Origin: an uncultured delta proteobacterium | GTDB taxonomy: Bacteria > Myxococcota_A > Polyangia > Haliangiales > Haliangiaceae | Length of the DNA: 64,000 nucleotides | Assembly: GCA_963848295.1 (NCBI GenBank) | Contig: CAWKDB010000002.1 | Coordinates: 256,001-320,000, forward strand | Reading direction: 5' to 3' | Part shown: positions 1 to 14,535 of the stretch, piece by piece | Layout of the letters: each line of letters begins with the position of its first letter | Numbering within the stretch: position 1 is the stretch's first letter | Program-made: the position numbers and the translations under genes | The notes under the pieces: model-generated | The model's database searches: none | What the model was told of the DNA's origin: nothing | The model's input: only the letters and a program-made list of their open reading frames with translations

Positions 1-1
1 C

Positions 2-1057
2 GAGGGTCAGCAGTTCATCGATCCGATCGAGCAGACCTGCATCGATCGCGCGAAGGCGCTGTTCGGCGCCGAGCACGCGAACGTCCAGCCGTACTCCGGC
101 TCGCCCGCGAATCTCGCGATCTACTTCGCATTCTGCAAGCCGGGCGACACCGTGATGGGCATGGGCTTGCCCGCCGGCGGCCACCTCACGCACGGCTGGA
201 ACGTCTCGATCACCGGCAGCTACTTCCGCGCGGTGCAGTACGGCGTGCGCAAAGACACGCAGCGCGTCGACATGGACGAGGTCCGCGATCTCGCGCTCAA
301 GGAAAAGCCGAAGCTGCTGTTCGCGGGCGGCACCGCGATCCCGCGCACGATCGACTTCCCGGCGTACGCCGCGATCGCGAAAGAGGTCGGCGCGATCTTC
401 GCGGCGGACATCGCGCACATCGCTGGGCTCGTCGCGGCGGGCGTGCATCCGTCGCCGGTGCCGGTGGCCGATGTCGTGTCGACGACGACGCACAAGACCC
501 TGCGCGGCCCGCGCGGCGGCATGCTGCTATGCACCGCGGCGCATCAGAAGGCGATCGATCGCGCCGTGTTCCCCGGCTTGCAGGGCGGGCCGCACAACCA
601 CACGACCGCCGGCATCGCGGTCGCACTGCGCGAGGCGGCGACCGCCGAGTTCAAGAACTACGCGCAGCAGATCGTCGCGAACGCGAAGGCGCTCGCCGCA
701 GCGCTCGTCGAGCGCGGGTTCTCGCTCGTCACCGGCGGCACCGACAACCACCTGATCCTGTGCGACCTGACCTCGAAGAACGTGTCGGGCAAGATCGCCG
801 CGAAGGCGCTCGACGCCGCCGGCATCGAGCTCAACTACAACAGCGTGCCATTCGACACGCGCAAGCCGTTCGACCCGTCGGGCATCCGCCTCGGCACCGC
901 GGCGGTCACGAGCCGCGGCATGAAGGAACCGGAGATGAAGCTGATCGCGGCCTGGATGGATCAGGTCGTCAACGCGCCGGCGGATGCGGGTTTGCACGCG
1001 AAGCTCGCGGGCGAGATCCGCGAGCTGTGCGCGAAGTTCCCGGCGCCGGGGCTGTAG
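2..1057 (+). CDS. glyA: Serine hydroxymethyltransferase (5' end outside window)
   Basis: Frame open from base 2 (EGQQFIDPIE..HANVQPYSGSPAN); motifs GGHLTHG, STTTHKTLRGPRGG (PLP lysine), FPGLQGGP, GTDNHL, SGIRLGT. Confidence 0.97.
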   Translation, partial: EGQQFIDPIEQTCIDRAKALFGAEHANVQPYSGSPANLAIYFAFCKPGDTVMGMGLPAGGHLTHGWNVSITGSYFRAVQYGVRKDTQRVDMDEVRDLALKEKPKLLFAGGTAIPRTIDFPAYAAIAKEVGAIFAADIAHIAGLVAAGVHPSPVPVADVVSTTTHKTLRGPRGGMLLCTAAHQKAIDRAVFPGLQGGPHNHTTAGIAVALREAATAEFKNYAQQIVANAKALAAALVERGFSLVTGGTDNHLILCDLTSKNVSGKIAAKALDAAGIELNYNSVPFDTRKPFDPSGIRLGTAAVTSRGMKEPEMKLIAAWMDQVVNAPADAGLHAKLAGEIRELCAKFPAPGL

Positions 1058-1060
1058 GTC

Positions 1061-1954
1061 CTATCGCTTCGGCGCCTTGCGGTTGATCTGTGCCGTGCCG
1101 GTCGCGGCGTCGATCTTCACTTCCCAGGTTTCCGGATCGATCTTCTGCAAAGCGATGCCGAGGCCGATTCGCTCGTTCGGACTCAGATCGTTCTGCTCGA
1201 ACAGGTGCTCGCACATAGCGCGGAGCGGTGCGTGCTCTTTCATCAAGGCCTCGAGCGACCACGCAGCAGCCTGGAAGATCGCGTCGTTCACCGCGAGCCT
1301 CCGGTCTGCCTCCGTCTGCTGCGTTGTCTTGAAGCGCGCCGCAGCGCCGAAGTCCGACAGATAATCGAACGCCGAAATGATGCGACGGACCGGGCGCGGA
1401 TCTCCTGTCGCGAAGTAGTAGGCCCACAGCGCATCGAGGATGGAGGGGTCGTCGACCTTGCAGGTCAGGATATCCAGAGGCGGGCCGCGTAGCCCGGTTG
1501 GCGCGCCACTATGGTCGAGGAACGCTCGGCCCTCCTTTGTTCCGGACAACCATGCCGCGAGCTGCAGCGTCTCGCGGGCCGCGCCTTTCAGATCGCCGAG
1601 CGCGCCAGCCCAGTCGTGAATCCTTGCCGGATTCGCGCGCATCACTTGCCCGAAGAAGACCGCGGTGACAAACCGCTGTGGGGCGCCGTCGAGGGATCCC
1701 GACTCCGCCCGTGCTCGCAGTTCGGGGACGAACCGGTCCGGGCTCGGGTTGGCGTAGTAGAACTTCATCCAATCGGTCGCCATTCCGATCGCCTCCGTCT
1801 TGGGCTCTGTGCGTGTCTTGGAAGTGACATCGAAACCGCTGCCGATCAGCTGCCTGAGAGCGTCGTCGCACGCAGGAGGCGCCGCGTGCCCTGCCAACGA
1901 GCAGGACGCCCCGGTGCAGATCGCCAACGCCGCCGTCCAACGCCAACGCATCAA
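1061..1954 (-). CDS. Hypothetical exported protein
   Basis: 297-aa ORF with signal-like N-terminus filling the gap between convergent glyA and coaBC; no recognised motif. Confidence 0.65.
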   Translation of the reverse strand: MMRWRWTAALAICTGASCSLAGHAAPPACDDALRQLIGSGFDVTSKTRTEPKTEAIGMATDWMKFYYANPSPDRFVPELRARAESGSLDGAPQRFVTAVFFGQVMRANPARIHDWAGALGDLKGAARETLQLAAWLSGTKEGRAFLDHSGAPTGLRGPPLDILTCKVDDPSILDALWAYYFATGDPRPVRRIISAFDYLSDFGAAARFKTTQQTEADRRLAVNDAIFQAAAWSLEALMKEHAPLRAMCEHLFEQNDLSPNERIGLGIALQKIDPETWEVKIDAATGTAQINRKAPKR

Positions 1955-1960
1955 CGGGTC

Positions 1961-3268
1961 CTAACGTTTCTTCGATTTCTTCGACGGTTTCGCCGCCGGC
2001 GTCGGCGCCGGGCCGAGCAACTCGACGAGCTTGTCGATGATCCGGTGCGCGACCTCGGTCTTCGGGCCCGGCGGCACGTCGGCGACGCCGTGGCGGTCGA
2101 CGAGGTGGACGTGGTTGGTGTCGACCGCGAAGCCCGCGTTCGGCTCGCCGACATCGTTCGCGACGATCAGATCGCAGCGCTTGGCCGCGAGCTTGTTCTG
2201 CGCGTTGCCGATCACGTCATCGGTCTCCGCCGCGAACCCGACCAGCACGGGGTGGTGCCCTCGCCGCTTCGCGCCGAGCCCGGCGAGCAGATCGGGGTTC
2301 GCGACGAGCTCGATCTGGGTCTTCGCGCCGAGCTCGCCGCGCTTGAGCTTGGACTTCGCTTCTCTCGCCGGCCGGTAGTCCGCGACCGCGGCGGTCATCA
2401 CGATCGCGTCGGCGGTCTTCGCCGCGCTGTCGAGCGCCCACTGCAATTGCGCGGCGGTCTCGACGTGGCTGGTCGTCACGCCGATGGGCGGCGCGACGCC
2501 GCTCGGCCCGAGGATCAACGTGACGTCGGCACCGCGGCGCTGCGCGGCGGCGGCGAGCGCGATGCCCATCTTGCCGGAGCTCCGGTTGCCGACGAACCGC
2601 ACCGGATCGATCGGCTCGTACGTCGGCCCGGCGGTGACGACGATCCGCACGCCGGCCAGGTCTTGCCTCGACAGCACGTGCGCCGCGGCTTCGAGAATAT
2701 CGTCGGGTTCAGCGAGCCGCCCGGGACCGGTCCAGCCGCACGCGAGGTAGCCAGCGCCCGGGGCGACGACGTGATAGCGCGCGATGTCGACGAGCCTCTT
2801 TAGATTTGCCTGGGTCAGCGCGTGGCCCCACATGTTGACGTTCATCGACGGCGCGACGAGTACCGGCGCCTTCGTGGCGAGCGCGATCGCCGCGACCGGA
2901 TCGTTGGCCATCCCGGCGGCGAGCCGCGCGATCGCGTTCGCGGTCGCCGGCGCGATCACCAAGAGATCCGCGCGGTCGGCGAGCTGGATGTGGCCGATGT
3001 TCGCTTCGTCGGTGAGCGAGAACAGATCGGTGAACACCGGCCGCCGCGTCAACGCCTGGAACGTCATCGGCGTGACGAACTTCTGCGCGCGCGCGGTCAT
3101 CGCGACCTCGACGTGCGCGCCGGCCTTGTCGAACAACCGCACGAGCTCGGCGGCCTTGTACGCGGCGATCCCACCGGTGACGCCGACGACGATCCGCGCG
3201 CCGTCGAGCGGCCGGGCGGGGTCGCGAGCTGCGCGATCGCTGCGAGGTCCTAGTGCCATTTGCGGCAC
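1961..3268 (-). CDS. coaBC: Bifunctional phosphopantothenoylcysteine decarboxylase/ligase (start approximate)
   Basis: [61 protein letters not shown] motifs. Confidence 0.96.
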   Translation of the reverse strand: MPQMALGPRSDRAARDPARPLDGARIVVGVTGGIAAYKAAELVRLFDKAGAHVEVAMTARAQKFVTPMTFQALTRRPVFTDLFSLTDEANIGHIQLADRADLLVIAPATANAIARLAAGMANDPVAAIALATKAPVLVAPSMNVNMWGHALTQANLKRLVDIARYHVVAPGAGYLACGWTGPGRLAEPDDILEAAAHVLSRQDLAGVRIVVTAGPTYEPIDPVRFVGNRSSGKMGIALAAAAQRRGADVTLILGPSGVAPPIGVTTSHVETAAQLQWALDSAAKTADAIVMTAAVADYRPAREAKSKLKRGELGAKTQIELVANPDLLAGLGAKRRGHHPVLVGFAAETDDVIGNAQNKLAAKRCDLIVANDVGEPNAGFAVDTNHVHLVDRHGVADVPPGPKTEVAHRIIDKLVELLGPAPTPAAKPSKKSKKR

Positions 3269-3284
3269 TGTACCCGAGTTGTGA

Positions 3285-4712
3285 TCAGCCGACGCGCGTC
3301 GCGATGTACTTCAGCTGCGTGTAGTCGTCGATGCCGTGGCGACTGCCCTCGCGGCCGACGCCGGACTGCTTGACGCCTCCGAACGGCGCTTGCGCGGTCG
3401 ACACGAGCCCTTCGTTGACGCCGACCATCCCGACCTGGAGCGCCTCGGCGACGCGAGTCTGGCGCGCACCGTCGCGGGTGAACACGTAGCCGACGAGCCC
3501 GGCGTCGGTGTCGTTCGCCTGGGCGAGCGCGTCGGCTTCGTCTCGCGCGATCCGGATCGCGACGATCGGTCCGAAGATCTCCTCGCGCCAGATCGCCATC
3601 TCGGGGGTCACGCTGCCGAGCACGACCGGCGCGACGAGCCGCGACGTGCCGGTCGGGGCCGTGCCGAGCAGGATCCGTGCGCCGCGCGCCGTGGCGTCGC
3701 CGACCAACCGCGCGCACTTGCGCGCCGCATCGTCATCGATCACCGGACCGAGATCGACGCCGGCGACGAGCCCGCTGCCGACCGCGAGCTTGGCGACCGC
3801 CGCGCACAGCTTCTCCGTGAACGCCGCGGCGACCGGCTGTTCGACGATGAAGCGATTCGCCGCGACGCAGCTCTGGCCGGTGTTGCGAAACTTCGCGACC
3901 ATCGCGCCGGCGACCGCGGCATCGACGTCTGCGTCGGCGAGTACGACGAACGGCGCGTTGCCTCCGAGCTCGAGCGAGATCCGCTTGAGATCCTCGGCCG
4001 CGCCGCGCATCAGCAGCCTGCCGACCTCGGTCGAGCCGGTGAACCCGATCTTGCGGATCGCGCGCGCGTTGACCAGCCGGGTTCCGGCGCGCGCGCCGTC
4101 GAGCGCGGGCACGACGTTGATGACGCCCGCGGGCACGCCGACGTCGTGCGCGATCGCCGCGAGCGCGAGCGCACCGAGTGGTGTTTGCTCGGCGGGCTTC
4201 GTCACGGTCGTGCAGCCGGCGGCGAGCGCGGCGCCGAGCTTGCGCGTGAGCATCGCGTACGGAAAGTTCCACGGCGTGATCAGCGCGCACGGTCCGACCG
4301 GTTGGCGGATCACGTGCAAGCGCTGGCCGGCGGAGCTCGCGGGAATCGTCTCGCCGTAGATCCGCTCGGCCTCGCCCGCGAACCAGTGGAAGAAGCTCGC
4401 CGCGTAGCGGACCTCCGCGGCGGATTCCTGGAGCGGCTTGCCGTTCTCGCGCGTGCACAGCTCGGCGAGCTCGGCCTCGGCCTCGAGCATGCGCTCGGCC
4501 ATGGCAGCGAGCAGCGAACCGCGTTCGATACCGGGCACCGCGGCCCAGGCCGGGAACGCGCGCGCCGCCGCGCCGACCGCCTGATCGATCACCGCGTCGT
4601 CAGCGTCGGTGACGTTCGCGATGACCGAGCCGTCGAACGGGTCGTGAACCGGAAAGCTCCGAGCGCTGCGCTGCCAGGCGCCGTCGATATAGGCTTCAGT
4701 TCTCGGCTCCAT
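3285..4712 (-). CDS. gabD: NAD(P)-dependent succinate-semialdehyde dehydrogenase (GabD-like aldehyde dehydrogenase)
   Basis: [37 protein letters not shown] (catalytic Cys), [22 protein letters not shown]. Confidence 0.85.
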   Translation of the reverse strand: MEPRTEAYIDGAWQRSARSFPVHDPFDGSVIANVTDADDAVIDQAVGAAARAFPAWAAVPGIERGSLLAAMAERMLEAEAELAELCTRENGKPLQESAAEVRYAASFFHWFAGEAERIYGETIPASSAGQRLHVIRQPVGPCALITPWNFPYAMLTRKLGAALAAGCTTVTKPAEQTPLGALALAAIAHDVGVPAGVINVVPALDGARAGTRLVNARAIRKIGFTGSTEVGRLLMRGAAEDLKRISLELGGNAPFVVLADADVDAAVAGAMVAKFRNTGQSCVAANRFIVEQPVAAAFTEKLCAAVAKLAVGSGLVAGVDLGPVIDDDAARKCARLVGDATARGARILLGTAPTGTSRLVAPVVLGSVTPEMAIWREEIFGPIVAIRIARDEADALAQANDTDAGLVGYVFTRDGARQTRVAEALQVGMVGVNEGLVSTAQAPFGGVKQSGVGREGSRHGIDDYTQLKYIATRVG

Positions 4713-4781
4713 GTCCGAGGTCTACCGCGAGATCCGAGATCCGGTGCGACTGTGCACCCGGATCACGCGTCTATTGCTGAT

Positions 4782-6398
4782 ATGACCCAGCCCATGAAGG
4801 CCGAGCGACTTCGCATTGCGTTGATCTTCGTCGTCACGATGGCGGTCGTGGTTGGCGGCGCCGTCTACTTCTTCGCGATCTATCGGCCGAAGCAGGTCAA
4901 GAAGGACGCGCAGGCCGAGATCCTGACGTGGGAGAAGCGCTGGGACGCGGCGCGCGCATGCATGCTCGGATCCGCGAAGCCCGAGGGCAAGACGAGCGAA
5001 GCGCTCGCGATCCACGAGATGTCGCCCGAGGCGTGGGACGAGCACGCGTGCTCGGCGCTGGTCGGCAACATCAATCGCGGCGCCGCGCCCGACACCGGCC
5101 TCGACGACGTCGAGCGCGCCTGGCAAGCGCTCGATCACGACGCCGCGAAGGCCGCGAACGCGTTCGCGATGCATGCGCCGGACGAGGGCAAGCCCGACGG
5201 GCTACCCGCCGCGCTCGACGCCCTCGACGATGACCGGGCGGCGTTGCGCGTCGCCGCCGGCTTGCCCGACGATCGCACGACGACGGCCGCGCTGCCCGCC
5301 GCGACCGTGACCCCGATCATGCTCGGCACCGCCGCGGTCCACGTGACCGACTCCCGGCGCGAGCTCGCGACCTCGGTCCACGGCGTGGTCGCGAACGGCC
5401 GCGCGAGCTCGACGACGGTGCGCGTTCAGCTAAGCGCCGACGGCAGCGTGAAGGCCGGCGCGGTTCCGAGCGATGTCCCCGGCGAACGCAGCCTGACCGA
5501 TCCGTCGTGGGGTGCGGTCGCGGTCGGCGATGGCCTCGCGATCGGGGCGTTCGGCGAGACCGGAGAGATCACCGGCGGCGCGGACCAGGCCATGAAGGTC
5601 CAACCTCAGCTCATCGGCGCGCTCGGCGGCGCCGCGAAGGGTACGCTCGTGTTGTCGCCAAACGGCAAGGACGAATACGCGATCGCGCGGTGGGCCGACA
5701 GCAAGCTGACGATCGGTCCGGTCACGAAGATCGTCGATGGTCGCGTCGGCCGCGACCCGGGCGCCGGCGCTCGGCTCGCGTTCGTGTGGTCGGACCCGCA
5801 CGGCGCGATCCAGGGCCAGATCGTGACCAACGACGACGCGTCGAAGGTGGCCGAGCTGCGCCACGCAACCGGCAAGCCCGCCGCGGCGGACTCCGAAGAC
5901 GGTGACGACGGCGCGAATCCGGCGGATCGCGTCGCCGGCCCGATCTGCTTCACCAGCGACCGCGCGTGGACGACGGTCGACCATCGCCTGATGTCGTTCG
6001 CGGCCGACGGCACGGTCGCATCGCCGTGTCCCGCCGGCGGCTACTGCCCGGCCGAGCTCGGCGCGGAGGCGACGATCATCGCGTGCACCGCAGACACCGT
6101 CGTCGTCGCCGACAACACGCGTAGCTCCGCGTTCGCCGTCTGCACCGCGAGCGCCTGCCGCACCGCGAACCTGCCGCCGCAGCCGTGGTTCCAAGCGGTC
6201 ACCGTCGCCGACGGCAAGCTGGTCTCGATCTTCGGCCATGCCGGGGTGATCGCGGTGCGCCGCGAAGGCGGAGCGACGACCTACTACAGCGTCGCCGGAT
6301 CGCCGCACATGATCGCGGCGGTGACCGATGGCAAGGCGGTGTCGGTGCTCGCGTCGCAGAACGGTGGCGACGTCGTGGTTCGCGTCCCGCTCAAGTAA
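4782..6398 (+). CDS. Hypothetical membrane-anchored protein (N-terminal TM, beta-rich C-terminus)
   Basis: ATG at 4782 in the 3336..6398 frame, divergent from gab[26 protein letters not shown]; the upstream part of the track ORF is antisense to gabD. Confidence 0.75.
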   Translation: MTQPMKAERLRIALIFVVTMAVVVGGAVYFFAIYRPKQVKKDAQAEILTWEKRWDAARACMLGSAKPEGKTSEALAIHEMSPEAWDEHACSALVGNINRGAAPDTGLDDVERAWQALDHDAAKAANAFAMHAPDEGKPDGLPAALDALDDDRAALRVAAGLPDDRTTTAALPAATVTPIMLGTAAVHVTDSRRELATSVHGVVANGRASSTTVRVQLSADGSVKAGAVPSDVPGERSLTDPSWGAVAVGDGLAIGAFGETGEITGGADQAMKVQPQLIGALGGAAKGTLVLSPNGKDEYAIARWADSKLTIGPVTKIVDGRVGRDPGAGARLAFVWSDPHGAIQGQIVTNDDASKVAELRHATGKPAAADSEDGDDGANPADRVAGPICFTSDRAWTTVDHRLMSFAADGTVASPCPAGGYCPAELGAEATIIACTADTVVVADNTRSSAFAVCTASACRTANLPPQPWFQAVTVADGKLVSIFGHAGVIAVRREGGATTYYSVAGSPHMIAAVTDGKAVSVLASQNGGDVVVRVPLK

Positions 6399-7707
6399 CG
6401 GCGAGCTGCGCGGCGAGCGCCCGGGTCTCGACCAGGTTGTCCTCGATCGAGCAGTAGGTCCAGCCGCCGTAGCGGCCGACCGAGTGCACCCCGGCGGCGC
6501 TCAGCTGCGCGCGGAGTCGCGCCGTTTCGGCGAGCGAGCGCCGCGTGATGTGGACGTACGCCGGATCGAGCACGACGCTGTGATGCGCGACGAGCTGGTG
6601 GTCGGTGACGATCTGCTCGCGCCGTAGATCGGCGAGCGTGCGGGCGAGCAGCGCCTCGGTATCGAACACCGCGCCGGCCGGCGCGCCGATCTCGACGTAC
6701 AAGCTCATCCGCGCCCCCCCGGAATGGAGCGGACCAGGCTCTGCGTGGCCCGCGGGGTCGACGATGTTGTCGTACCAACCGACGCGATAGAACACGTCGG
6801 CGCGCTCCGGGAAGTACATCCAGTGGACGTCGTCGCGGCCCTTGCGATCGAACCCGAGGTTGAACACCAGCACCGCGTTCGCCGAGAACGCGCCGGCATC
6901 GTGCGGCGCGGCGCACAACCGCGCGAGCGTGGGCAGCGGCGCCGAGCTGATCACGAGCCCGGCCTCGATCGATCGCCGCGGGGTCGAGACCGTGCGCGTC
7001 GCGAGATCGATCGCGATCGCCGGCTCGCCGCAGCTGACGCAGTCGGCCGGCAGATCCTTCAGCAGCGCGTGGATGTAGCGGATCGCGCCCTTCGCCGGAT
7101 ACGTGAACGTCGCGTTGTAACCGTGCTTGCGACCCGGCTCGGGACGCATGTTGCCGATGATGTCCGCGATGTCGGCGTGAGGGAAGAACCGGCCCATCGC
7201 GTCGGGATCGAGCGCGTCGAGCTCGGTCGCGTACAGCTTCTCGTTGTACGGGCGCAGGAACTTGTCGGTGATGCCCTTGCCGTACTTGCGATAGAGCATC
7301 TCGCCGAACGACGTGGGCGGATGCTCGCCCGCCGGCCGAAAGTACAACTCGGTCAGGCACTCGATGAAGTCGTCGTGCGGCAGCTCGTGGATGTGCGACT
7401 GAAACGGAAAGTGGATGTCTCGACCGGCGAAACGAATGAGCGCCTTGCGCTCGACCGTCCGCACGTCCTCGCCGGGCATGCGATCGCGCAACCACGCCTC
7501 GATCTCGGGATGCTTGAAGTGGAAGAAGTGACCGGAGTAGTCCCACACGAACCCGGCCTGCTCGACGGTGCGGCAGTAGCCGCCCGGTTCAGCCGCGGCC
7601 TCGAGCACGACGACGCGCGCGCCCGGATGCGCCGCGCGCCACCAGTTCGCGAAGCCGAGGCCCGACACGCCGGCGCCGATGATGACGACGTCGGCGGTCC
7701 CGGTCAC
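6391..7707 (-). CDS. FAD-dependent oxidoreductase (protoporphyrinogen oxidase / UDP-galactopyranose mutase-like superfamily)
   Basis: N-terminal [32 protein letters not shown]-terminal GRYGGWTY. Confidence 0.85.
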   Translation of the reverse strand: MTGTADVVIIGAGVSGLGFANWWRAAHPGARVVVLEAAAEPGGYCRTVEQAGFVWDYSGHFFHFKHPEIEAWLRDRMPGEDVRTVERKALIRFAGRDIHFPFQSHIHELPHDDFIECLTELYFRPAGEHPPTSFGEMLYRKYGKGITDKFLRPYNEKLYATELDALDPDAMGRFFPHADIADIIGNMRPEPGRKHGYNATFTYPAKGAIRYIHALLKDLPADCVSCGEPAIAIDLATRTVSTPRRSIEAGLVISSAPLPTLARLCAAPHDAGAFSANAVLVFNLGFDRKGRDDVHWMYFPERADVFYRVGWYDNIVDPAGHAEPGPLHSGGARMSLYVEIGAPAGAVFDTEALLARTLADLRREQIVTDHQLVAHHSVVLDPAYVHITRRSLAETARLRAQLSAAGVHSVGRYGGWTYCSIEDNLVETRALAAQLAVT

Positions 7708-9407
7708 CCGAGCCGTCCGATCTCGCTCGTGAAGATCCGCCGCGCGATCGCGATCGCGCAGCCGTAGGTCGAGTCCATGCCGAAGTACGACAGGCTCTTC
7801 GATAGCAAGCTCTGGCGTCGCGAGTACGGCGTATCCGACGCGTAGTGGATGACGCCGAGCTCGAGCATGTTCTGATCGACGAGCGAGACGATCTCGTCCT
7901 TCGGGTGGCGTCGAGGCTCGACCAGCTCGTACGCCGCCGATAGGTACGGGCCGGCCTCCATCTCCATCACGGTGTAGCCCTCGCGATAGAACACGTCCAT
8001 GTACTCGCGGTTCTGCAGGAACGCGGAGCGCACGGTCAGCGCCTTCTGGTTGTCGAGCACGGTGCCGTGGTGCAGGTACGGCGCGACGTCGTGCGCGGTC
8101 AACGCGTTGCGAAATAGGTACGTATTCGACGAGTGCTCGTCATGGACGACCTTGCTGATCATCACGTCGCCGATCCGGCCGTTGAGCGTCGCCGCTTTGC
8201 CCATGATGTACAGCCCGCGCAGCTCGTCGACGCCCAAGCCCACGGCCGACAGGTGGTGATACGCCGCCATCCCGAGCGGGTAGTCGATGTTGATGATCAG
8301 CGCGCGGCTGTGCGCGAGCCGTTCGATGCCCGGGACGTGCAGCCGCGGATCGAGCTTGTCGACTCGTAGCTTGCCGAGATCGATGACCTGCGCGTCGACG
8401 TCGATCTTGCCGGGCGACGCGATCGCCTGGATGCCGACCGCGGCGTCGGACGCCTGGACCTGCGCCATCCGTTCGCCGTCGCCCTTGTCGTGGATGAACG
8501 CGCGCAGCGAGTAGTAGAGGATGTTCGCGGCCGAGGACACCTCGCCGGCGGCGACCGTCTCGTCGTAGCGCGGCGCGAGATCCTCGAAGTTGCGACGGCG
8601 CAGGAACTCGACGATCTCGTCCTGGTGCTCGCGCGCGTAGCCGCCCATGAGGTTCGCGAGCGAGTGGCTGTTCGACGACACGAAATAGATCGGGCGCCGC
8701 CGCGGCACCGCATCGACGATGCCGCGCCACCAGCGCAGCGCCGAGCGCTGATACTCGCGGAACGAGCCGTCGAGCAGCCGGACCAGCACGTCGCTGTCGT
8801 GGGCGATCATCTCGCGCAGCACGTCGTTCGCGTTGGGCCCGAGGGCGCCGCGCAGCTTCGCGATGCCGACGTCGTCGACGCCGATCGCCGCCGCGAGCGC
8901 GATGTCATCCTCGACGTTCGTGACCCGGGCTTGCAGCAGCCGATCGCGCACCTTGTTCCACTCGATCTGATACGCGGTGATGATCGGCACGAGATCGTCG
9001 ATGTCGGAGCCCGACGCGACGAACACCGCGAGGTTGCCTTCGCCATCCCAGCGCAGTGGGCGCCGCCGACCGCGCGTGCGCACGACCTGCCAGCTCTTGA
9101 TGTGAAACCCGGCCGCTTCGAACTGCGCGACCGACTGGCCGAGCACGATGCGCTTCACGCTCGGCATGCAGTCGGGCAAGCGCGCGGCGCTGTACGCGAA
9201 CGCCGCCAAGTCCGGATCGGGATCCTCGGCGCCGAGGTGCAGGCTCGATCGCGAGTAGAGGTGCGCCTCTTCGAACCCGCGCACCCGAACGTCGCCGCTG
9301 CTCCTCAACAGCGAATAGTACGTCCGGATGTACAGGTCGATTTCATCGCTGGACGCACGAGGGGGCTGGCGATCCACCCCTCTAAGGTAGATCACCAATC
9401 GCCTCAA
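7704..9407 (-). CDS. Conserved hypothetical protein (DUF6909-like; C-terminal half resembles nucleoside phosphorylase fold)
   Basis: 567 aa; [48 protein letters not shown]; 4-bp overlap with downstream gene; family recalled, not searched. Confidence 0.6.
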   Translation of the reverse strand: MRRLVIYLRGVDRQPPRASSDEIDLYIRTYYSLLRSSGDVRVRGFEEAHLYSRSSLHLGAEDPDPDLAAFAYSAARLPDCMPSVKRIVLGQSVAQFEAAGFHIKSWQVVRTRGRRRPLRWDGEGNLAVFVASGSDIDDLVPIITAYQIEWNKVRDRLLQARVTNVEDDIALAAAIGVDDVGIAKLRGALGPNANDVLREMIAHDSDVLVRLLDGSFREYQRSALRWWRGIVDAVPRRRPIYFVSSNSHSLANLMGGYAREHQDEIVEFLRRRNFEDLAPRYDETVAAGEVSSAANILYYSLRAFIHDKGDGERMAQVQASDAAVGIQAIASPGKIDVDAQVIDLGKLRVDKLDPRLHVPGIERLAHSRALIINIDYPLGMAAYHHLSAVGLGVDELRGLYIMGKAATLNGRIGDVMISKVVHDEHSSNTYLFRNALTAHDVAPYLHHGTVLDNQKALTVRSAFLQNREYMDVFYREGYTVMEMEAGPYLSAAYELVEPRRHPKDEIVSLVDQNMLELGVIHYASDTPYSRRQSLLSKSLSYFGMDSTYGCAIAIARRIFTSEIGRLG

Positions 9408-9457
9408 ACGCTTTTCTTGGCGCCTAGATAGTGATACCCAAGCGTCCCTGAGGTCAC

Positions 9458-9676
9458 GTGAGTAAGGAAGAGCTGATCAATCTCGACGGCGAGGTCGTCC
9501 TGATCGCGAAGGGCGGCAACTTTCGCGTCAAGCTCGACAACGGCCACGAGGTCCTCGCCAAGCTCGCCGGCAAGGTCCGCCGGCACCGGATCCGCGTCGT
9601 GCTCGGGGACCGCGTCACCGTCGCGGTATCGCCCTACGATCCGACCCGCGGCTTCATCGTCTATCGCCAGCGCTAA
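9458..9676 (+). CDS. infA: Translation initiation factor IF-1
   Basis: 72 aa; FRVKLDNGHEVLAKLAGKVRRHRIRVVLGDRVTVAVSPYDPTRGFIVYR. Confidence 0.95.
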   Translation: MSKEELINLDGEVVLIAKGGNFRVKLDNGHEVLAKLAGKVRRHRIRVVLGDRVTVAVSPYDPTRGFIVYRQR

Positions 9677-9703
9677 GCACTGCCGACGCGGTAGGCTTGG
9701 GGC

Positions 9704-12160
<2,457 letters not shown>

Positions 12161-12164
<4 letters not shown>

Positions 12165-12502
12165 CCAAGCCGACGACCCGAGGCGACGATAATCCGTTCC
12201 TCGTGCTCGGCGTCTCGCCCGACGCCAGCCGGATCGAGATCGAGCGCGAAGCGCAGAAGCTGCTCGGCATGCTCGAGCTCGGCTTTGCCGAGGCGAAGTC
12301 GTTCGACACGCCGCTCGGTCCGCGCGAACGCACCGCCGAGGCCGTGCGCGCCGCGGTCGCCGCGCTGCGCGACCCCTATCAGCGCTTGCTCGCCGAGCTG
12401 TGGGCGCGCAATGCGCCGCCGGTCCGCGAGGCCGCGCCGGTGCGCGAGCCGCCCGGGATCGCGCCGACCGGTCTGCGGCGCGCGCTCGGGTGGAGGCCGT
12501 GA
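12161..12502 (+). CDS. Small J-domain-like protein lacking HPD
   Basis: ATGA overlap with Hsp70 stop; NPFLVLGVSPDASRIEIEREAQKL resembles J-domain helices I-II; AVAALRDP resembles the helix III AYEVLSDP segment. Confidence 0.7.
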
Positions 12503-14017
12503 TCCGGATGTACGCCCTGCCCTACGTCGCGTTCTTGCGTCTGCATCGCTACGCGCTCGATGCGCGGCGGCGCGATCGCACGTGGCGCTATCTCGCGTGG
12601 TCGGTGCTCGCCGGCGTGACCGGCGGCTTGCTCGTCGGCGTGACGCTCGCGGTCGCCGAGCTGTTGTGGATGGTCGGCTGGTGGCCGCTCGCGGTCGGCC
12701 TCGTCGCGCTGTTCGCCGTGCCGCTGCTCGATCCTCTGCTCGCGCGTCACGTGCTCGTGCCGCTCGGCGCGGTGCGACCTTCGTATTGGGTCGCTCGGCT
12801 CGCGACGATGCGCGACCCCGAGGCCTACGCGTTGTGCCTCGCGGCGTGGGCGCATTCCCACCGGCCGACGCCCTCGGGCGAAGCGTGGATCGCGGCGCGA
12901 CGCGACCGCCGGGTGCCGCTCGGCGATGCCGAGATCGTGACGACCGCGCTCGTCACCGCCGGCCGCGGCGATGCCGAGGCCGCGCGCCAGCTGATGCGTT
13001 CGACCGCGTTCATCGTCGAAGATCATCCGCAAGTGCGCGAGCTCGCCGGCGAGTGGCTCGCGTGCGACGCCGCCGAGCGCGGCGCGTGGCAAGAGCTCGC
13101 CGACGACGGCCGCGCCGCGACGTGGCCCGCGAGCTCGCTGACGTATCTGCTCGAAGGCATCGCGTCTCGCCAGCTCGGCGCGGGCACGCCGGGCGTCGTC
13201 GAGCTCCACGCGCGCTGGCTGATCGCGCCGTTTCGCCGCGCGACCCGGCCGTTGCTCGACCGCGCGCTCGCGGTCGCGCCCGCGCCCGCCGCCGCGACGA
13301 CGGCGAGCGAGCCCGAGCCGATCGCGAACGCCGACGACGATGCTCGCGGCGCCGCACCGCTGCCGCGCGCGATCGCGGCCCAGCTCGCGTTCGCGACCGA
13401 CGCCCCGACGCCGGCCGCGCTCGCTCGTGCCGTCGCCGCGTGGGACGCCGCGCTCGCCGATCCCGCGACGCGGACCTGGCTCGCGCGACGCGCGCTCGAG
13501 CTCGACGCGCCACTCGGCGCAGCCGATCGCGCGCTGCGTGACATCGCCGCGAGCGTCACCGACGAGCTCGGCCGCGCCGCCGATCGGGCCGGCCTATCGC
13601 TGACGCGCGCGCGCGGCATCGTCGGCGACGGCCTGGCGCATCGCTTGCGCCACGGCCGGCTCGACGCGCTCGAAGCCGGCTTCACGAGCTGGGCCGATCG
13701 CCGCCACTCCGGCGCGATCCGCGCGCCGATCGACGAGTGGCGCGAATGGGTCGCGTTGCGCGCGAGCTACGACGCGACCGCCGCCGCGGGCGGGCTCGAC
13801 GTGCGCCGGCTCGCGTTCCCGCACGTCTACCGGACCGCCACGACGATGGCCGCGTGGTTGTGGAACTCGCGCCACGAGTACGCCGTGTCGCACGCGATCT
13901 CGGCGTGGCTGCGGGTGGAGGCGATGGCGGTCGGCGATGCCGAGGCGATCGAGCTGTGCACGCGCAACTGCCAGCCTCGCCGTGCCGACCCGCCTCGGCA
14001 GCGTCAATGCACCTTAG
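12499..14017 (+). CDS. Membrane protein (2 N-terminal TMs, Ala/Trp-rich helical body); probable +1 indel near 13972
   Basis: GTGA overlap with preceding stop; shifted frame ends LAVPTRLGSVNAP-TAG (14015-14017) just before the RBS and ATG of the next gene. Confidence 0.7.
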
Positions 14018-14028
14018 ATCGGAGATCC

Positions 14029-14487
14029 ATGTCCACGCGCCTACTGCTCTCGCTCGCGTTGCTCGTCCCCGCCACCGCTCGCGCCGACGACAAGGTGCCG
14101 CCCGCGTGCGCCGCGGTCGGAACGCCCCCGGCGTCGGCGAAGATCCAACCGCCGGTGACCGCCGCGCGCATCGCGCTCGCGATGTGCGAAGCGGAGGGCA
14201 AGTTCAACGCGCTCCATCTCACGCCCGATGACGCCGGTATCGCGGCGATCACCGACGCTGCCGCGCCGAGCCTCGCATTGCTAGACGCCGAGGTGCAGCG
14301 CGACGACCCGTTCTGGAGCCCGATCGCGCAGAAGGCGCGTGCGGCGCTGCACGTCGCGATGGCCGTGCGGATGCGCAACGCCGTGCCGCCGATCACGGCG
14401 ACCACGACCACCGCCGAGCTAACCCAGCACGATCAGGCGCACGCGGCGCTCGAGCCGAAGCTCAAGCCGTGGCTCGATGCCCACTAG
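14029..14487 (+). CDS. Secreted hypothetical protein, paralog A
   Basis: GGAG RBS then MSTRLLLSLALLVPATARA signal peptide; aligns end to end with 14536..14982. Confidence 0.8.
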   Translation: MSTRLLLSLALLVPATARADDKVPPACAAVGTPPASAKIQPPVTAARIALAMCEAEGKFNALHLTPDDAGIAAITDAAAPSLALLDAEVQRDDPFWSPIAQKARAALHVAMAVRMRNAVPPITATTTTAELTQHDQAHAALEPKLKPWLDAH

Positions 14488-14535
14488 CGTCCACCGCACG
14501 ATACCGCTCCCGCCGGATTCTGTCAGGATGCGATC

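Noticed and set aside
3336..4781. N-terminal extension giving a 1020-aa ORF
   Set aside because: Antisense shadow of gabD in high-GC DNA; the real gene starts near 4782
12400..14487. Single 695-aa fusion protein
   Set aside because: An internal RBS and signal peptide at 14029, a stand-alone paralog next door and a stop in the shifted frame indicate two genes
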